A stretch of DNA of 48,463 bases from contig BTVJ01000057.1 of assembly GCA_045863395.1 (NCBI GenBank), positions 1 through 48,463 on the forward strand. Reading direction: 5' to 3'. The notes below the pieces were generated by a model. It was not told where the DNA came from. It made no database searches and was given only the letters and a program-made list of their open reading frames with translations. This document shows, piece after piece, positions 32,796 through 41,948 of this stretch. The position numbers and the translations under genes were made by a program. Position 1 is the stretch's first letter, and every line of letters begins with the position of its first letter. This DNA comes from Myxococcales bacterium (GTDB lineage Bacteria; Myxococcota_A; UBA9042; JABWCM01; BTVJ01).

Positions 32796-32977
32796 CATGC
32801 CAAGCTGTCACGTGCGCCAGCCCGCCGACACTGAGCGCATCGGCGTCCTGGACTCTCTGGTTCGCCCGCGGGCCGCGCTTTCGCTGTGATGGACTGACCC
32901 CGCGGCCGCCTCGCGACACGTCCCACGGCACCAGCGCAGAGGATGAGAGGACTGCCGAGGGGTCACTCCTCGCAGGC

Positions 32978-33391
32978 TCAGCGCGGCCAGACGACCTGGA
33001 CATGCCCACGCCCGGTGACGCTCGCGATGAAGGGTGGGGGGCGGTCACGCGCAAGCTGCTGCATCCGGCCCACGGCGCGAAGGAACGAGTCGGCCATCTC
33101 GTCGGCGGTCGCATTGCCCGTGACGAGCACGAAGAGCCGGACTCCGGAAGACTCCACCTGATAGCGCTCGGACTCGCGGTAACGGATGCGGGCGTCCTTC
33201 GAGAGGCCGATCCAGCCTTCGGACCCCACGCGGCTGAGCCACACCTCGTCGGGGGCGTCCTGGGGGAACAGCTCGTCGTGGGCGACGATGGGCATCCCGG
33301 CGCTCCGGAGGCGCTCGGCTACGTGCCGTCGCCCGAGGGACCGGTCGACGAACCAGGTGAAGCCGGGATCAGGCTGCCTTGGGGAGCGCAC
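32978..33391 (-). CDS. VapC45-like PIN-domain toxin
   Basis: WFVDRSLG, DEVWL, GWIGLSKDARIRY...E; GTG start overlapping the upstream gene's end (start uncertain). Confidence 0.8.
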   Translation of the reverse strand: MRSPRQPDPGFTWFVDRSLGRRHVAERLRSAGMPIVAHDELFPQDAPDEVWLSRVGSEGWIGLSKDARIRYRESERYQVESSGVRLFVLVTGNATADEMADSFLRAVGRMQQLARDRPPPFIASVTGRGHVQVVWPR

Positions 33392-34028
33392 CGCGCAAGA
33401 CCTCTTCGATGGCATCCCTCCCGCAGCCGTAGTCGTCAGCGAGGGCATCCACGGACTCGCCGGCCAGATAGCGCCCGATGACGACGTCGGTGGGGGCGCC
33501 CGTGCCCGCGATGATCGGACGGCCGAAGGCGATGCGGGGGTCGATGACGACGACCCGTGGCGCGTCGTCCGTTGCCACCCGTGTGAAGGGGTAGAGGCGC
33601 GTCGCGAGCCCGGCGGAGTCCCGCTCGACGCGGCGCAGGTGGGTCCCGACAACGCTCCGCAGGGCGACCTGACCTTGGCGGCTCACGTTGAACAGGGTCT
33701 CCAGGTGGGTGATGAAGAGGTCTACGCCGTCGGTCTCGAAGTCCGCGCGCGCCAGCGGCCGAGGGTGACCGAGCTGCACGGTCAGGTACTCTACACCGTC
33801 ACGGATGGCCGTCATCCGGACGCTGTGCACCCGCCGCAGCGCGGCGAGGACGTGCGCCTCGACCAGGTTCGTGAAAGAGAGCACCGTGCGCGCCGGATCC
33901 GGCAGCGCAATCAGCGGCGTGCCCGGGCCCCGGACCCACCGCCGCAGCGTGCCGGCGGGGACGCGCAGCAGGCTCGCGGCTTCGGTGAGCCCGTAGGTTG
34001 CATGGTCTCGTGGGTCGCGGGCGGTCAT
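33369..34028 (-). CDS. HTH + DUF433 antitoxin (VapB45-like)
   Basis: YGLTEAASLLRVP.GTLRRW, LSFTNLVEAH, IDPRIAFGRP, GES..ALA.DY; GAGGAGG SD. Confidence 0.88.
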   Translation of the reverse strand: MTARDPRDHATYGLTEAASLLRVPAGTLRRWVRGPGTPLIALPDPARTVLSFTNLVEAHVLAALRRVHSVRMTAIRDGVEYLTVQLGHPRPLARADFETDGVDLFITHLETLFNVSRQGQVALRSVVGTHLRRVERDSAGLATRLYPFTRVATDDAPRVVVIDPRIAFGRPIIAGTGAPTDVVIGRYLAGESVDALADDYGCGRDAIEEVLRGALPKAA

Positions 34029-34205
34029 CGCAAGAAGAGCCTCCTCGGCACACCTACCACAGTCGGACGCCCGAGGGAATTCCGTGGCGGAGGGACTCCG
34101 CGGGACCACCCGAACGGGGGCCGCGCGACGGCGGAGGGGCCCCGCTCCAGAGCGCCGCTCTGGCGGGCTGGCCAGACGCGAGTGGTTGTGGTCCACTGTG
34201 ATGGC

Positions 34206-34760
34206 ATGGCGCCGAGCCGATCAGAGATCATGGCGCGGATCCGGGGCTCGGACACGGCCCCCGAGGTCGCTCTGCGCGTCGCCCTGGCAGCGCGGGGCAT
34301 CCTCCCCAGCCCTGCTGCCCGCGCTCCCGTGGGGCGCCCTGACCTCGTGCTCGCCGACCGCCGCACCGCCGTCTTCATCGACGGGTGCTTCTGGCACGGC
34401 TGCCCGCTCCACTACGCCCGACCTCGCACCCGCGACGAGTTCTGGGCCGCGAAGCTGGTCTCGAACATCGAGCGCGACGCCCGCCAGTGCGAGGCCCTGG
34501 TTCACGCGGGGTGGGTCGCGCTCCGCTTGTGGGAGCACGACATCGTGGAGGACCCCGAAGAGGTAGCCGCGGTCGTCGAGCAGGTCCTGATGGGCGCTGG
34601 AGCGCCACCTTGGGAGGAGCAGCGGCGTGTTCGTCGCGTGATCGACCTCGGGGATTGTGTCGAGCGGAGGCTCGTGGTACTCCTCGGTGACCCTACGTCG
34701 GTGGTCGAGGTGACAGAGGGGCCTCGTGTCACCGCCAAGGCGCGGGCGCGACGCCGTTGA
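34206..34760 (+). CDS. vsr: Very short patch repair endonuclease
   Basis: RSEIMARIRGSDTAPE, GRPD, FIDGCFWHGCP, FW..K...N.ERD, WEH; extra C-terminal tail. Confidence 0.93.
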   Translation: MAPSRSEIMARIRGSDTAPEVALRVALAARGILPSPAARAPVGRPDLVLADRRTAVFIDGCFWHGCPLHYARPRTRDEFWAAKLVSNIERDARQCEALVHAGWVALRLWEHDIVEDPEEVAAVVEQVLMGAGAPPWEEQRRVRRVIDLGDCVERRLVVLLGDPTSVVEVTEGPRVTAKARARRR

Positions 34761-36520
34761 GGCAGCCCCGGTGGGACCACGGCGGCGCTGCGACGCCCGG
34801 ACCCGCAACGCGCTCTCGACCCTCCCGGACCGCGAGACCGATGCCCAGGACTGCCCGGCCCGACGCGACCGTTCCGACGGGACAAATCCTGCTCTCCGGG
34901 TGGGGCGCGCGTCCGGCGGCCCCACTCTTCCAGGACCTGCAGGTGCCGCCTCGGGAGCCGATCCCGGCTGCGACGACCGACCTCATCAGGCGCAAGCTGC
35001 GCCGCATTCGGGCGGGCGGGGCGCCACGGAGCATGGACCTGTTCGCCGGCTGCGGAGGCATCTCCCTGGGCTTCCTGACGGCAGGCTTCACGCCGGTCGC
35101 ATCCATCGAGAGCGATCCATGGGCGGCCGCGTCGCACGGCGCCAACTTCGGGCTGCGCTCCCATGGCGGCGACCGCCCCGCCCTCCACGTGTCCAGGGAC
35201 GTCACCGCGGAAGACGCGGCCCGCGTCTTCGCAGACCTCGGGCTCGATGGGCCAGTGGACGACCAGGTCGACGTGCTCGTCGGTGGTCCGCCCTGCCAGG
35301 CATTCGCCCGGGTCGGCCGCGCCAAGCTCCGGGAGCAGGCGCAACGGCGCCAGGAAGAGACGGCCGATCAGGCATTTCTGGTCGACGGCCGGGTGAGCCT
35401 CTGGCAGCGCTACGTCGCCTTCATCCGCGCCACGAAGCCCGTCGCCCTGCTGATGGAGAACGTGCCCGACATCCTGAACCACGGCGGCACGAACGTGGCC
35501 GAGCTGGTCTGCAGGAGCCTCGTCGAGGAGGGCTACCGCGTCACCTACACGCTGCTCAATGCAGCCTGGTACGGGGTCCCCCAGACCCGGGAGCGCATGA
35601 TCCTCGTCGGCTTCCACGAGGCGACCGGCATCCAGCCGAGGTTTCCGTCGCCGACCCACCACGTAGACCTGCCGTCAGGATATGCCGGGTCGAAGAACAC
35701 CGCGCGGCGTGTCCTCAGGGAGCACGGCTCGGAGCACCACCGCTGGGTGGCAGACCCTCCGCGCAGTGCGCGTCCCGCCACGACGGCGTCCGAGGCCCTC
35801 GCCGACCTCCCTCCGCTCCGCGCCCTCGATCTGTTGCGGGAGGGGAGACTCCGCCGGGGGGCCAAGGATCCGTCGGAGCGCGTCGACTACACGACGGGCA
35901 CGCCTGGCACCTCGTACTCCCGGCTGATGCGCGAGTGGCCCGGCTACGCGGTCCCCTCTACGACCGGCCACGTCTTCCGCTTCCTGCCCCGCGACTACAA
36001 GATCTTTGCCGAGGTCGAGGCGGGCTGGGAGTACCCCGACGTCCACGCCCACGTGGAGCGGAAGATCGCGGCCTGGCTCGGTGATCGGAAGCGCCGGGGG
36101 TTGAGCACGGACCCGCGCCACCCGGACGTGCGGGACTTCGTCGCGGCGTGGCGCATCCCCTATGACCCCGCCAAGTTTCCGAACAAGTGGTGGAAGCTCG
36201 ACGCCGACAAGCCTGTCCGCACCCTCCTGGCACACCTGGGCAAGGACTCCTACTCGCACATCCACTACGACTCGGCGCAGGCGCGAACAATCACGGTCCG
36301 TGAAGCCGCCCGCCTGCAGTCCTTCCCGGATGGGTTTGTCTTCAAGGGTTCCATGAACCCGGCCTTCCGCCAGATCGGCAACGCCGTACCGCCGCTGTTC
36401 GCCTACGCCATCGCGATGGCCATGCGTGGGTCCCTGGGTGCCCCAGCCATCGGGGACGTGCGGGTCGGGTTTCTGGGCATTCCGCAGTCGGAGATCGCGG
36501 CCACGGAGGGCTCACCATGA
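34757..36520 (+). CDS. DNA (cytosine-5) methyltransferase
   Basis: DLFAGCGG, GGPPCQ, ENV, PQTRER, REAARLQSFPD, GNAVPP; true start may be TTG 34757 or ATG 34841. Confidence 0.95.
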   Translation: MRQPRWDHGGAATPGPATRSRPSRTARPMPRTARPDATVPTGQILLSGWGARPAAPLFQDLQVPPREPIPAATTDLIRRKLRRIRAGGAPRSMDLFAGCGGISLGFLTAGFTPVASIESDPWAAASHGANFGLRSHGGDRPALHVSRDVTAEDAARVFADLGLDGPVDDQVDVLVGGPPCQAFARVGRAKLREQAQRRQEETADQAFLVDGRVSLWQRYVAFIRATKPVALLMENVPDILNHGGTNVAELVCRSLVEEGYRVTYTLLNAAWYGVPQTRERMILVGFHEATGIQPRFPSPTHHVDLPSGYAGSKNTARRVLREHGSEHHRWVADPPRSARPATTASEALADLPPLRALDLLREGRLRRGAKDPSERVDYTTGTPGTSYSRLMREWPGYAVPSTTGHVFRFLPRDYKIFAEVEAGWEYPDVHAHVERKIAAWLGDRKRRGLSTDPRHPDVRDFVAAWRIPYDPAKFPNKWWKLDADKPVRTLLAHLGKDSYSHIHYDSAQARTITVREAARLQSFPDGFVFKGSMNPAFRQIGNAVPPLFAYAIAMAMRGSLGAPAIGDVRVGFLGIPQSEIAATEGSP

Positions 36521-38514
36521 TCTTCACGATCCTGCGCCTCCTGACCCACTCGGAGCTCGGCATGTTCCACGCGTACCGTCGCAGCGGACGCGAGGGATCG
36601 AGGCAGCGCGCCATCAACTTCGACGGGGACGTCGTGGACCGCGTGTTTCCGTCGGCCAAGGACTCGGACCGCATCGCAATCACCTGCCGCTGCCCGGACG
36701 ACGCAGGCACCGTCACGGTGAGAGACCAGTGGCTCAAGAAGCAGGACAAGAACTGGCGCCTGGAGGGTCACTGCCCGACGAGTCCGTACTACGCCTTCGT
36801 CGAGCCCGGCGTCCTGTTCGCGATGGTGGTGGACGCCTCGGTCACCCCGGCGGTTGCCTCGTGGGTGGTCGTGCCGACGGATCACCCGGCGCGGACCGCC
36901 ATTGTCCACCATGGCGAGAGCGCGAGGCTCGGGAGCTCCGCCATGATCGCGCTGTACGGGGAGGAGGGCGACCACTGCCGCTCCGTCCTGGGCGCCCACT
37001 TCCCCCACCTCTTCGAGGAGGCTGGTTCCATGGCGAACGACCCGGCACCGACTCACGGCGGGGAGGTTCCGCCGGATCCCCTCGGCCTGTTCAAGATCCT
37101 GGCGCGTGCCGGGCACAGCCTGCCGAGCGCCGTGGCGGACCTCGTGGACAACAGCCTCTCGCATGGGGCGACCGCCATCGACATCGTGTTCCCGAACCCC
37201 AATGACGGCGGGCGGTGGATGTGCATCCGCGACGACGGCGAGGGCATGACGCCCGACGGCCTGCGCGACGCCATGCGGATCGGGCATCAACGGGAGTATG
37301 GTGACGCCCACCTGGGGAAGTACGGGTACGGCCTCAAGGGCGCAGCGTGGTCGCAGGCCGACCGCCTCACCGTGGTCTCGAAGGCTTCTGGAAGTCCCTT
37401 GGGGCATCTCATCTGGGACAAGGACCACCTCGCGAAGACGGGACGCTGGGAGCTCCTCACCGACCCCGTGGAACCGAGGCACGCGGACGCCGTTCGGATC
37501 GCTGACTCGGGGACCTCCGTCCTGCTCACGCAGATGCGTCCACCATTGGAGGCGCCCAAGGGGAAGAGGGGCGAACCCTACGCACAGGAGCTTGCGGAGA
37601 TCCGCTTCCACCTCGAGCTGGTCTTCCATCGGTTCCTGGAAGGGAGGGTCCCCGGGCGCCAGAAGGTCACGATCCGCCTGAACGGAGCGCCGCTTCGCTC
37701 CAACGACCCCATGGGCCACTCGCTGACCAAGGTGTACGAGGAGCGCCGGATCGAGCTGCCTGCGCAGGACCCGTCCCGTCCAGCCGTGATCGCCGTGCGA
37801 CCCTACGTCACGCCCAACGAGGCGGAGTTCAATGAGCACCACAAGAGCCTGTCGCCCGAGGATCTGCGGGTCGAGCGTGACCGGCTGACGCTCAACGGCC
37901 GGTGGAACGACGCGCAGGGCCTCTACTTCTACCGGCTCCACCGGCTGATCAAGTGGGGTGGGTGGGAGGACCTGTTCGCCAAGGACGAGCACACCAAGCT
38001 GCTCCGCGTGGCGGTCGACTTCGACCGGTCGGCAGAGGAGGCGCTTCAGGTGGACATCAGCAAGCAGCTCGTCCGCCTGCCGTTGGCCGTGCAGGACCAC
38101 CTCAGGGAGATCCTGAGGGGCCCGCGCGCGGAGGCTCGGAGCCGTTATGACAGGAAGGTCAAGCCGCCCGGGCCGCCTCGGCCACCCCACGACGATTCGG
38201 AGCTGAGTGACCCGCCCTCGCCCCCGCATCCTCCGAAGGGCGTGACGCTCCCGAAGGAGTCCAAGAAGACGCCACCGCCCGCAAGAGATGCGTCACCGCT
38301 CCGGCTCGTGGAGGAGGGCACCGCCCCGTGGGAGCGGAAGACGACGTTCACGGGCGAGCAGGTGGAGATCACCCCCGCGATCCCGGCACTGGTGGCTCTC
38401 GCGAAGGCCATCGACAAGGACAACGACGCCAAGAAGGCGCTGTCCGAGTTCCTGCGGGTGCTGGAGCAGGCCGGCGTCGTGTCGCTCCTTGGGGGCGGTC
38501 CCCATGGCGAGTGA
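36517..38514 (+). CDS. MORC/MutL-type GHKL ATPase with an extra 171-aa N-terminal domain (EcoRII-N/B3-like)
   Basis: AVADLVDNS, DDGEGM, LGKYGYGLK, GT, QGLYFYR..RLI.WGGW; ATGA overlap with the methylase. Confidence 0.88.
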   Translation: MIFTILRLLTHSELGMFHAYRRSGREGSRQRAINFDGDVVDRVFPSAKDSDRIAITCRCPDDAGTVTVRDQWLKKQDKNWRLEGHCPTSPYYAFVEPGVLFAMVVDASVTPAVASWVVVPTDHPARTAIVHHGESARLGSSAMIALYGEEGDHCRSVLGAHFPHLFEEAGSMANDPAPTHGGEVPPDPLGLFKILARAGHSLPSAVADLVDNSLSHGATAIDIVFPNPNDGGRWMCIRDDGEGMTPDGLRDAMRIGHQREYGDAHLGKYGYGLKGAAWSQADRLTVVSKASGSPLGHLIWDKDHLAKTGRWELLTDPVEPRHADAVRIADSGTSVLLTQMRPPLEAPKGKRGEPYAQELAEIRFHLELVFHRFLEGRVPGRQKVTIRLNGAPLRSNDPMGHSLTKVYEERRIELPAQDPSRPAVIAVRPYVTPNEAEFNEHHKSLSPEDLRVERDRLTLNGRWNDAQGLYFYRLHRLIKWGGWEDLFAKDEHTKLLRVAVDFDRSAEEALQVDISKQLVRLPLAVQDHLREILRGPRAEARSRYDRKVKPPGPPRPPHDDSELSDPPSPPHPPKGVTLPKESKKTPPPARDASPLRLVEEGTAPWERKTTFTGEQVEITPAIPALVALAKAIDKDNDAKKALSEFLRVLEQAGVVSLLGGGPHGE

Positions 38515-40819
38515 GGGGCGGCCCCGCTTCACGCTGAGGCCCCGGGTCAGGCTCTGGACGGATGGCACAGTCTGGCGGAGCTGGTCGCGACACGAAGACT
38601 ACCTGCGTGCCCAGCCCAAGTGGAAGCCGCATCAGGTCGACTCCGTGGCCGAGGAGTCCCTGCGCATCCTCGCGAAGACCACGCCGGTCGCCCGTCCTGA
38701 GTTCCAGTGCCGCGGCCTCGTCGTCGGCTATGTCCAGTCCGGCAAGACGGCCAACTACACGGCGGTCGCCGCACGTGCGGCCGATGTCGGCTACCGCCTG
38801 ATCATCGTGCTGTCGGGCATCCACGACTCGCTCCGCAACCAGACGCAGCGGCGCCTCGAGCGTGAGCTTGTCGCGGTCGGCGCGGACTGGATTGCGCTCA
38901 CCGGGCCGGAGTCGGACTTCCAGGAGCCTCCCGTGGCGGACGGGTTCGACGCCACCGGGACCGTCCTCGTGGTCGCCAAGAAGATCGTCCCCATCCTGGA
39001 GCGGCTGGTCGGATGGCTCGGCAGGATCGAGGGTCGGCTCGCGGACGTGCCGGTGCTCCTCATCGACGATGAGGCGGACCAGGCGTCCATCAACACACGC
39101 GGCAACCGGCGAGATCCGGGTCTGGACGACGAGGACGTGGTCGATGGCGAGAGCCCGTCCCGCACGAACGGGCTCATCCGCGACCTGCTGAGGCGGTGCC
39201 CGCGGGCGACCTACCTCGCGTACACCGCGACGCCCTTCGCGAACATCCTGATCGACCCTGGCGCCTACGACAATCACGTCGGAGATGACCTCTTCCCCAA
39301 GGACTTCGTGGTGCAGCTCCCCCGGCCGGACGGGTACACCGGCACCGAGGAGCTGTTCGGCGTGAAGGCGCAGGGTCGCGACGTGCTTCGTGTGGTCGAT
39401 GAGCAGGACGTCCGCGCGCTGAAGCCGAAGCGCCGGAGGCGGGGGGCGCCGCTCGTGGCCCACGGGCCTGTCGACCTCCCGCAGTCACTGTGCGACGCCG
39501 TGCTCACCTTCGCGCTCGTCGGGGCCATCCGGCTGCTGCGAGGGCAGGAGGGGCAGCCGCACACGATGCTGGTGCACGTCTCGCAGGCGCAGAAGGAGCA
39601 GCTCCGCATCGGGGCTGCCATCGAGGACCGCGTCCGCGCCTGGTTCAATCACGACCACGCCGAGCCCGGTGTGATCCGCGGGATGATGCGGTCCGCGCTT
39701 GCCGACCTTGGCGACGTGGCGCTCCCCGCCGATGTCGATGCCGTGCTTGTCGAAGCGGCGCGGAACCTCGCGCGCTTGAAGGTCGTCGTGCTCAACAGCA
39801 CCACGGGCGAAGAGCTTGAGTACGAGGAGCAGCCCGGCCGGCAGCTCGTGGCTGTCGGTGGCAACCGCCTCTCTCGGGGCCTTACGCTGGAGGGCCTGAC
39901 CGTCGCCTACTTCCTGCGGACCACGTCGATGGCCGACACCCTGCTCCAGATGGCTCGCTGGTATGGCTTCCGCACCGGATACGATGACCTGATCCGACTC
40001 TGGACCACCAATGGCATCGCCCAATGGTTCGTGGAGCTGGCCCTGGTCGAAGACGCGCTGCGGGACGCGATCATGGCGCTCGACAAGGCGGGCCGGCGCC
40101 CCGATGAGATGGCGATTCGCCTGCGCGCCCACTCTGACCTGCTGCTGACCAGCAGGGCCAAGAGCAGGATGCAGGAGCTCGATGCCCGCTCCTGGTCCGG
40201 CCAGAACCCGCAGACCATCCTGTTTCCACTTCACGACGCCGGCGCGCTGGAGCGGAACCTGGCGCTGGCGTCGGAGCTGCTCTCCCTGCACCCGCCGACC
40301 CAGGATGCCCACGGTGGTGCGATCACGCATGACGTCCCGGGAGAGAGCGTGGCTGCGTTCCTCCACCGCTTCGAGGGCCATACGAACAGCGTAGCCTTCC
40401 AGGGAGATCGCCTCGCGGACTGGATCGTGGAGCGCATGGTCGACGGAGAGCTGACGACGTGGACCGTGTTCGTGGCGAGCCCCGGGCGCGAGAGGCAGGT
40501 GATGCTGGGCGGGCGGCCCTACGGTCTGGTCCGCCGCTCGCTTACGGGGCATGAGGCCATCGGCATCCTGATCGATCCGCGCCACGAGGGGGTGGATCTG
40601 CGCGGCGGTCCCGAGAGCTACCGCTCCGGCGCAGCATACAACGCACGCGCCATGCGGCAGGACCGCCCGCCCGAGCGTGGCCTGCTCCTGCTCTACGCCC
40701 TGGACCCCACCCCACTGTGTGCGCAGTCCCGCGCGGTGCTCGGCGTGGCCCTGTCACTTCCCCGAACCAGCGATGACGGTCGCTCGTGGGTCGTGAACCG
40801 GGGGCTCCTCCGTGCCTGA
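38504..40819 (+). CDS. Z1-domain protein (SF2 helicase-like + Z1)
   Basis: GYVQSGKT, DDEADQAS, YTATPFAN, DLFPKDF, GGNRLSRGLTLEGL, DTLLQMARWYG; ATG at 38504. Confidence 0.92.
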   Translation: MASEGRPRFTLRPRVRLWTDGTVWRSWSRHEDYLRAQPKWKPHQVDSVAEESLRILAKTTPVARPEFQCRGLVVGYVQSGKTANYTAVAARAADVGYRLIIVLSGIHDSLRNQTQRRLERELVAVGADWIALTGPESDFQEPPVADGFDATGTVLVVAKKIVPILERLVGWLGRIEGRLADVPVLLIDDEADQASINTRGNRRDPGLDDEDVVDGESPSRTNGLIRDLLRRCPRATYLAYTATPFANILIDPGAYDNHVGDDLFPKDFVVQLPRPDGYTGTEELFGVKAQGRDVLRVVDEQDVRALKPKRRRRGAPLVAHGPVDLPQSLCDAVLTFALVGAIRLLRGQEGQPHTMLVHVSQAQKEQLRIGAAIEDRVRAWFNHDHAEPGVIRGMMRSALADLGDVALPADVDAVLVEAARNLARLKVVVLNSTTGEELEYEEQPGRQLVAVGGNRLSRGLTLEGLTVAYFLRTTSMADTLLQMARWYGFRTGYDDLIRLWTTNGIAQWFVELALVEDALRDAIMALDKAGRRPDEMAIRLRAHSDLLLTSRAKSRMQELDARSWSGQNPQTILFPLHDAGALERNLALASELLSLHPPTQDAHGGAITHDVPGESVAAFLHRFEGHTNSVAFQGDRLADWIVERMVDGELTTWTVFVASPGRERQVMLGGRPYGLVRRSLTGHEAIGILIDPRHEGVDLRGGPESYRSGAAYNARAMRQDRPPERGLLLLYALDPTPLCAQSRAVLGVALSLPRTSDDGRSWVVNRGLLRA

Positions 40820-41765
40820 CGTGACGGCCGAGCGCTGGGAGTCGCTCCGTCTGCGGCGGTCAGCCTGCGAGCTCATCACCGAGCCCGTCGAGGAGGGCTG
40901 GCCAGGCGGCCTGCTCGGAGTCGACGAGGACGGCCGGCTGCACCTCCTGGTCGCCGTTGAGGGGGATCCCGCGACTCTGTCTCCTGACCTCCGGGGCATC
41001 GAGGTCCGGGTGGTCGAGGACGGGGGGACATGGCTCGACGTCTCCGCCAGGGGCCACCACGAGGAGCTCTTCACCCTGCTCGCCAACGGGATCCTCCGGG
41101 CGATCCGCGCTGAGGGGCGCGACCCGGCAGCCTCCGTCGAGAGCGAGATTGAGGCGCTGCGCGCCGCGCTCCGGCCGGTGCCCTCCGAGTTCGGAGACAG
41201 CAAGCAGATCGGGCTCTTCGGAGAGCTGTGGGTCCTGTCGAACGTGCTGCTCCCGACGCTTGGCGGCCGCGCCTGCCGCCTCTGGAGCGGCCCCGACGGG
41301 GAGCGGCACGACTTTGTGGGACTTGGGGTACACGTGGAGGTGAAGGCCACGACCCGTGGTGAGCAGAGGCACGAGATCTCGCGCCTCGACCAGCTCCGCG
41401 CTCCGCCCGGCAAGCGCCTGCTCCTGGCCAGCGTCCTCCTGGAGCGGTCGCGCGGCGGAGAGCTCACACTGGCCGACCTCATCGACGAGGTCATCGCGAA
41501 GCTGGGTCAGGACTGGCAGGCCATTGACGCACTCGAAGACGGCCTGAAGAGGCTCGGGTGGAGCGACGGACTCCGCCAGTCTGGGGCCCTGCTGCGCTTC
41601 AGTCTCCGCGAGGCCCACGTCTTCGAGGTCGAGGGCTCGTTTCCCCGCCTGCCCGACGACTACGAGCCGCCCCGCGGTGTGACCGGCGTGAAGTACGTGA
41701 TCGACGTGTCGTCTCGGCCGTCGCTGAGCACGTCCGCTGTGGAGGGGATCCTGCGGGCCATGTGA
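40812..41765 (+). CDS. PD-(D/E)XK motif protein (DUF4420-like)
   Basis: GLFGELW, W.GP....HDF......VEVKAT, IS.LDQL, FPRL. Confidence 0.88.
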   Translation: MPDVTAERWESLRLRRSACELITEPVEEGWPGGLLGVDEDGRLHLLVAVEGDPATLSPDLRGIEVRVVEDGGTWLDVSARGHHEELFTLLANGILRAIRAEGRDPAASVESEIEALRAALRPVPSEFGDSKQIGLFGELWVLSNVLLPTLGGRACRLWSGPDGERHDFVGLGVHVEVKATTRGEQRHEISRLDQLRAPPGKRLLLASVLLERSRGGELTLADLIDEVIAKLGQDWQAIDALEDGLKRLGWSDGLRQSGALLRFSLREAHVFEVEGSFPRLPDDYEPPRGVTGVKYVIDVSSRPSLSTSAVEGILRAM

Positions 41766-41948
41766 GCCTGACGCCCCGCGGGGAGCAGGCGCCAGGGACA
41801 AGGGAGTGCCGGGCGACTCCTCTGGGGGGCGGCTGTGGTGCATCGAGATCGAGTTGGGATTGGTCCGGGCTACCATGTGGACACAAACTTGACCGATTGG
41901 CGCTGATCTGCTGTCCTTGCCGGAATCTCACCACTGAAGGAGGACTGC

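Noticed and set aside
33186..34205. Long N-terminal extension of Vsr (524-aa ORF)
   Set aside because: Antisense shadow of the DUF433/PIN genes; Vsr similarity begins at 34206
41897..41912. Sigma54 promoter upstream of the 224-aa gene (TTGGCGCTGATCTGCT)
   Set aside because: GG-to-GC spacing is 9 nt, not the required 10
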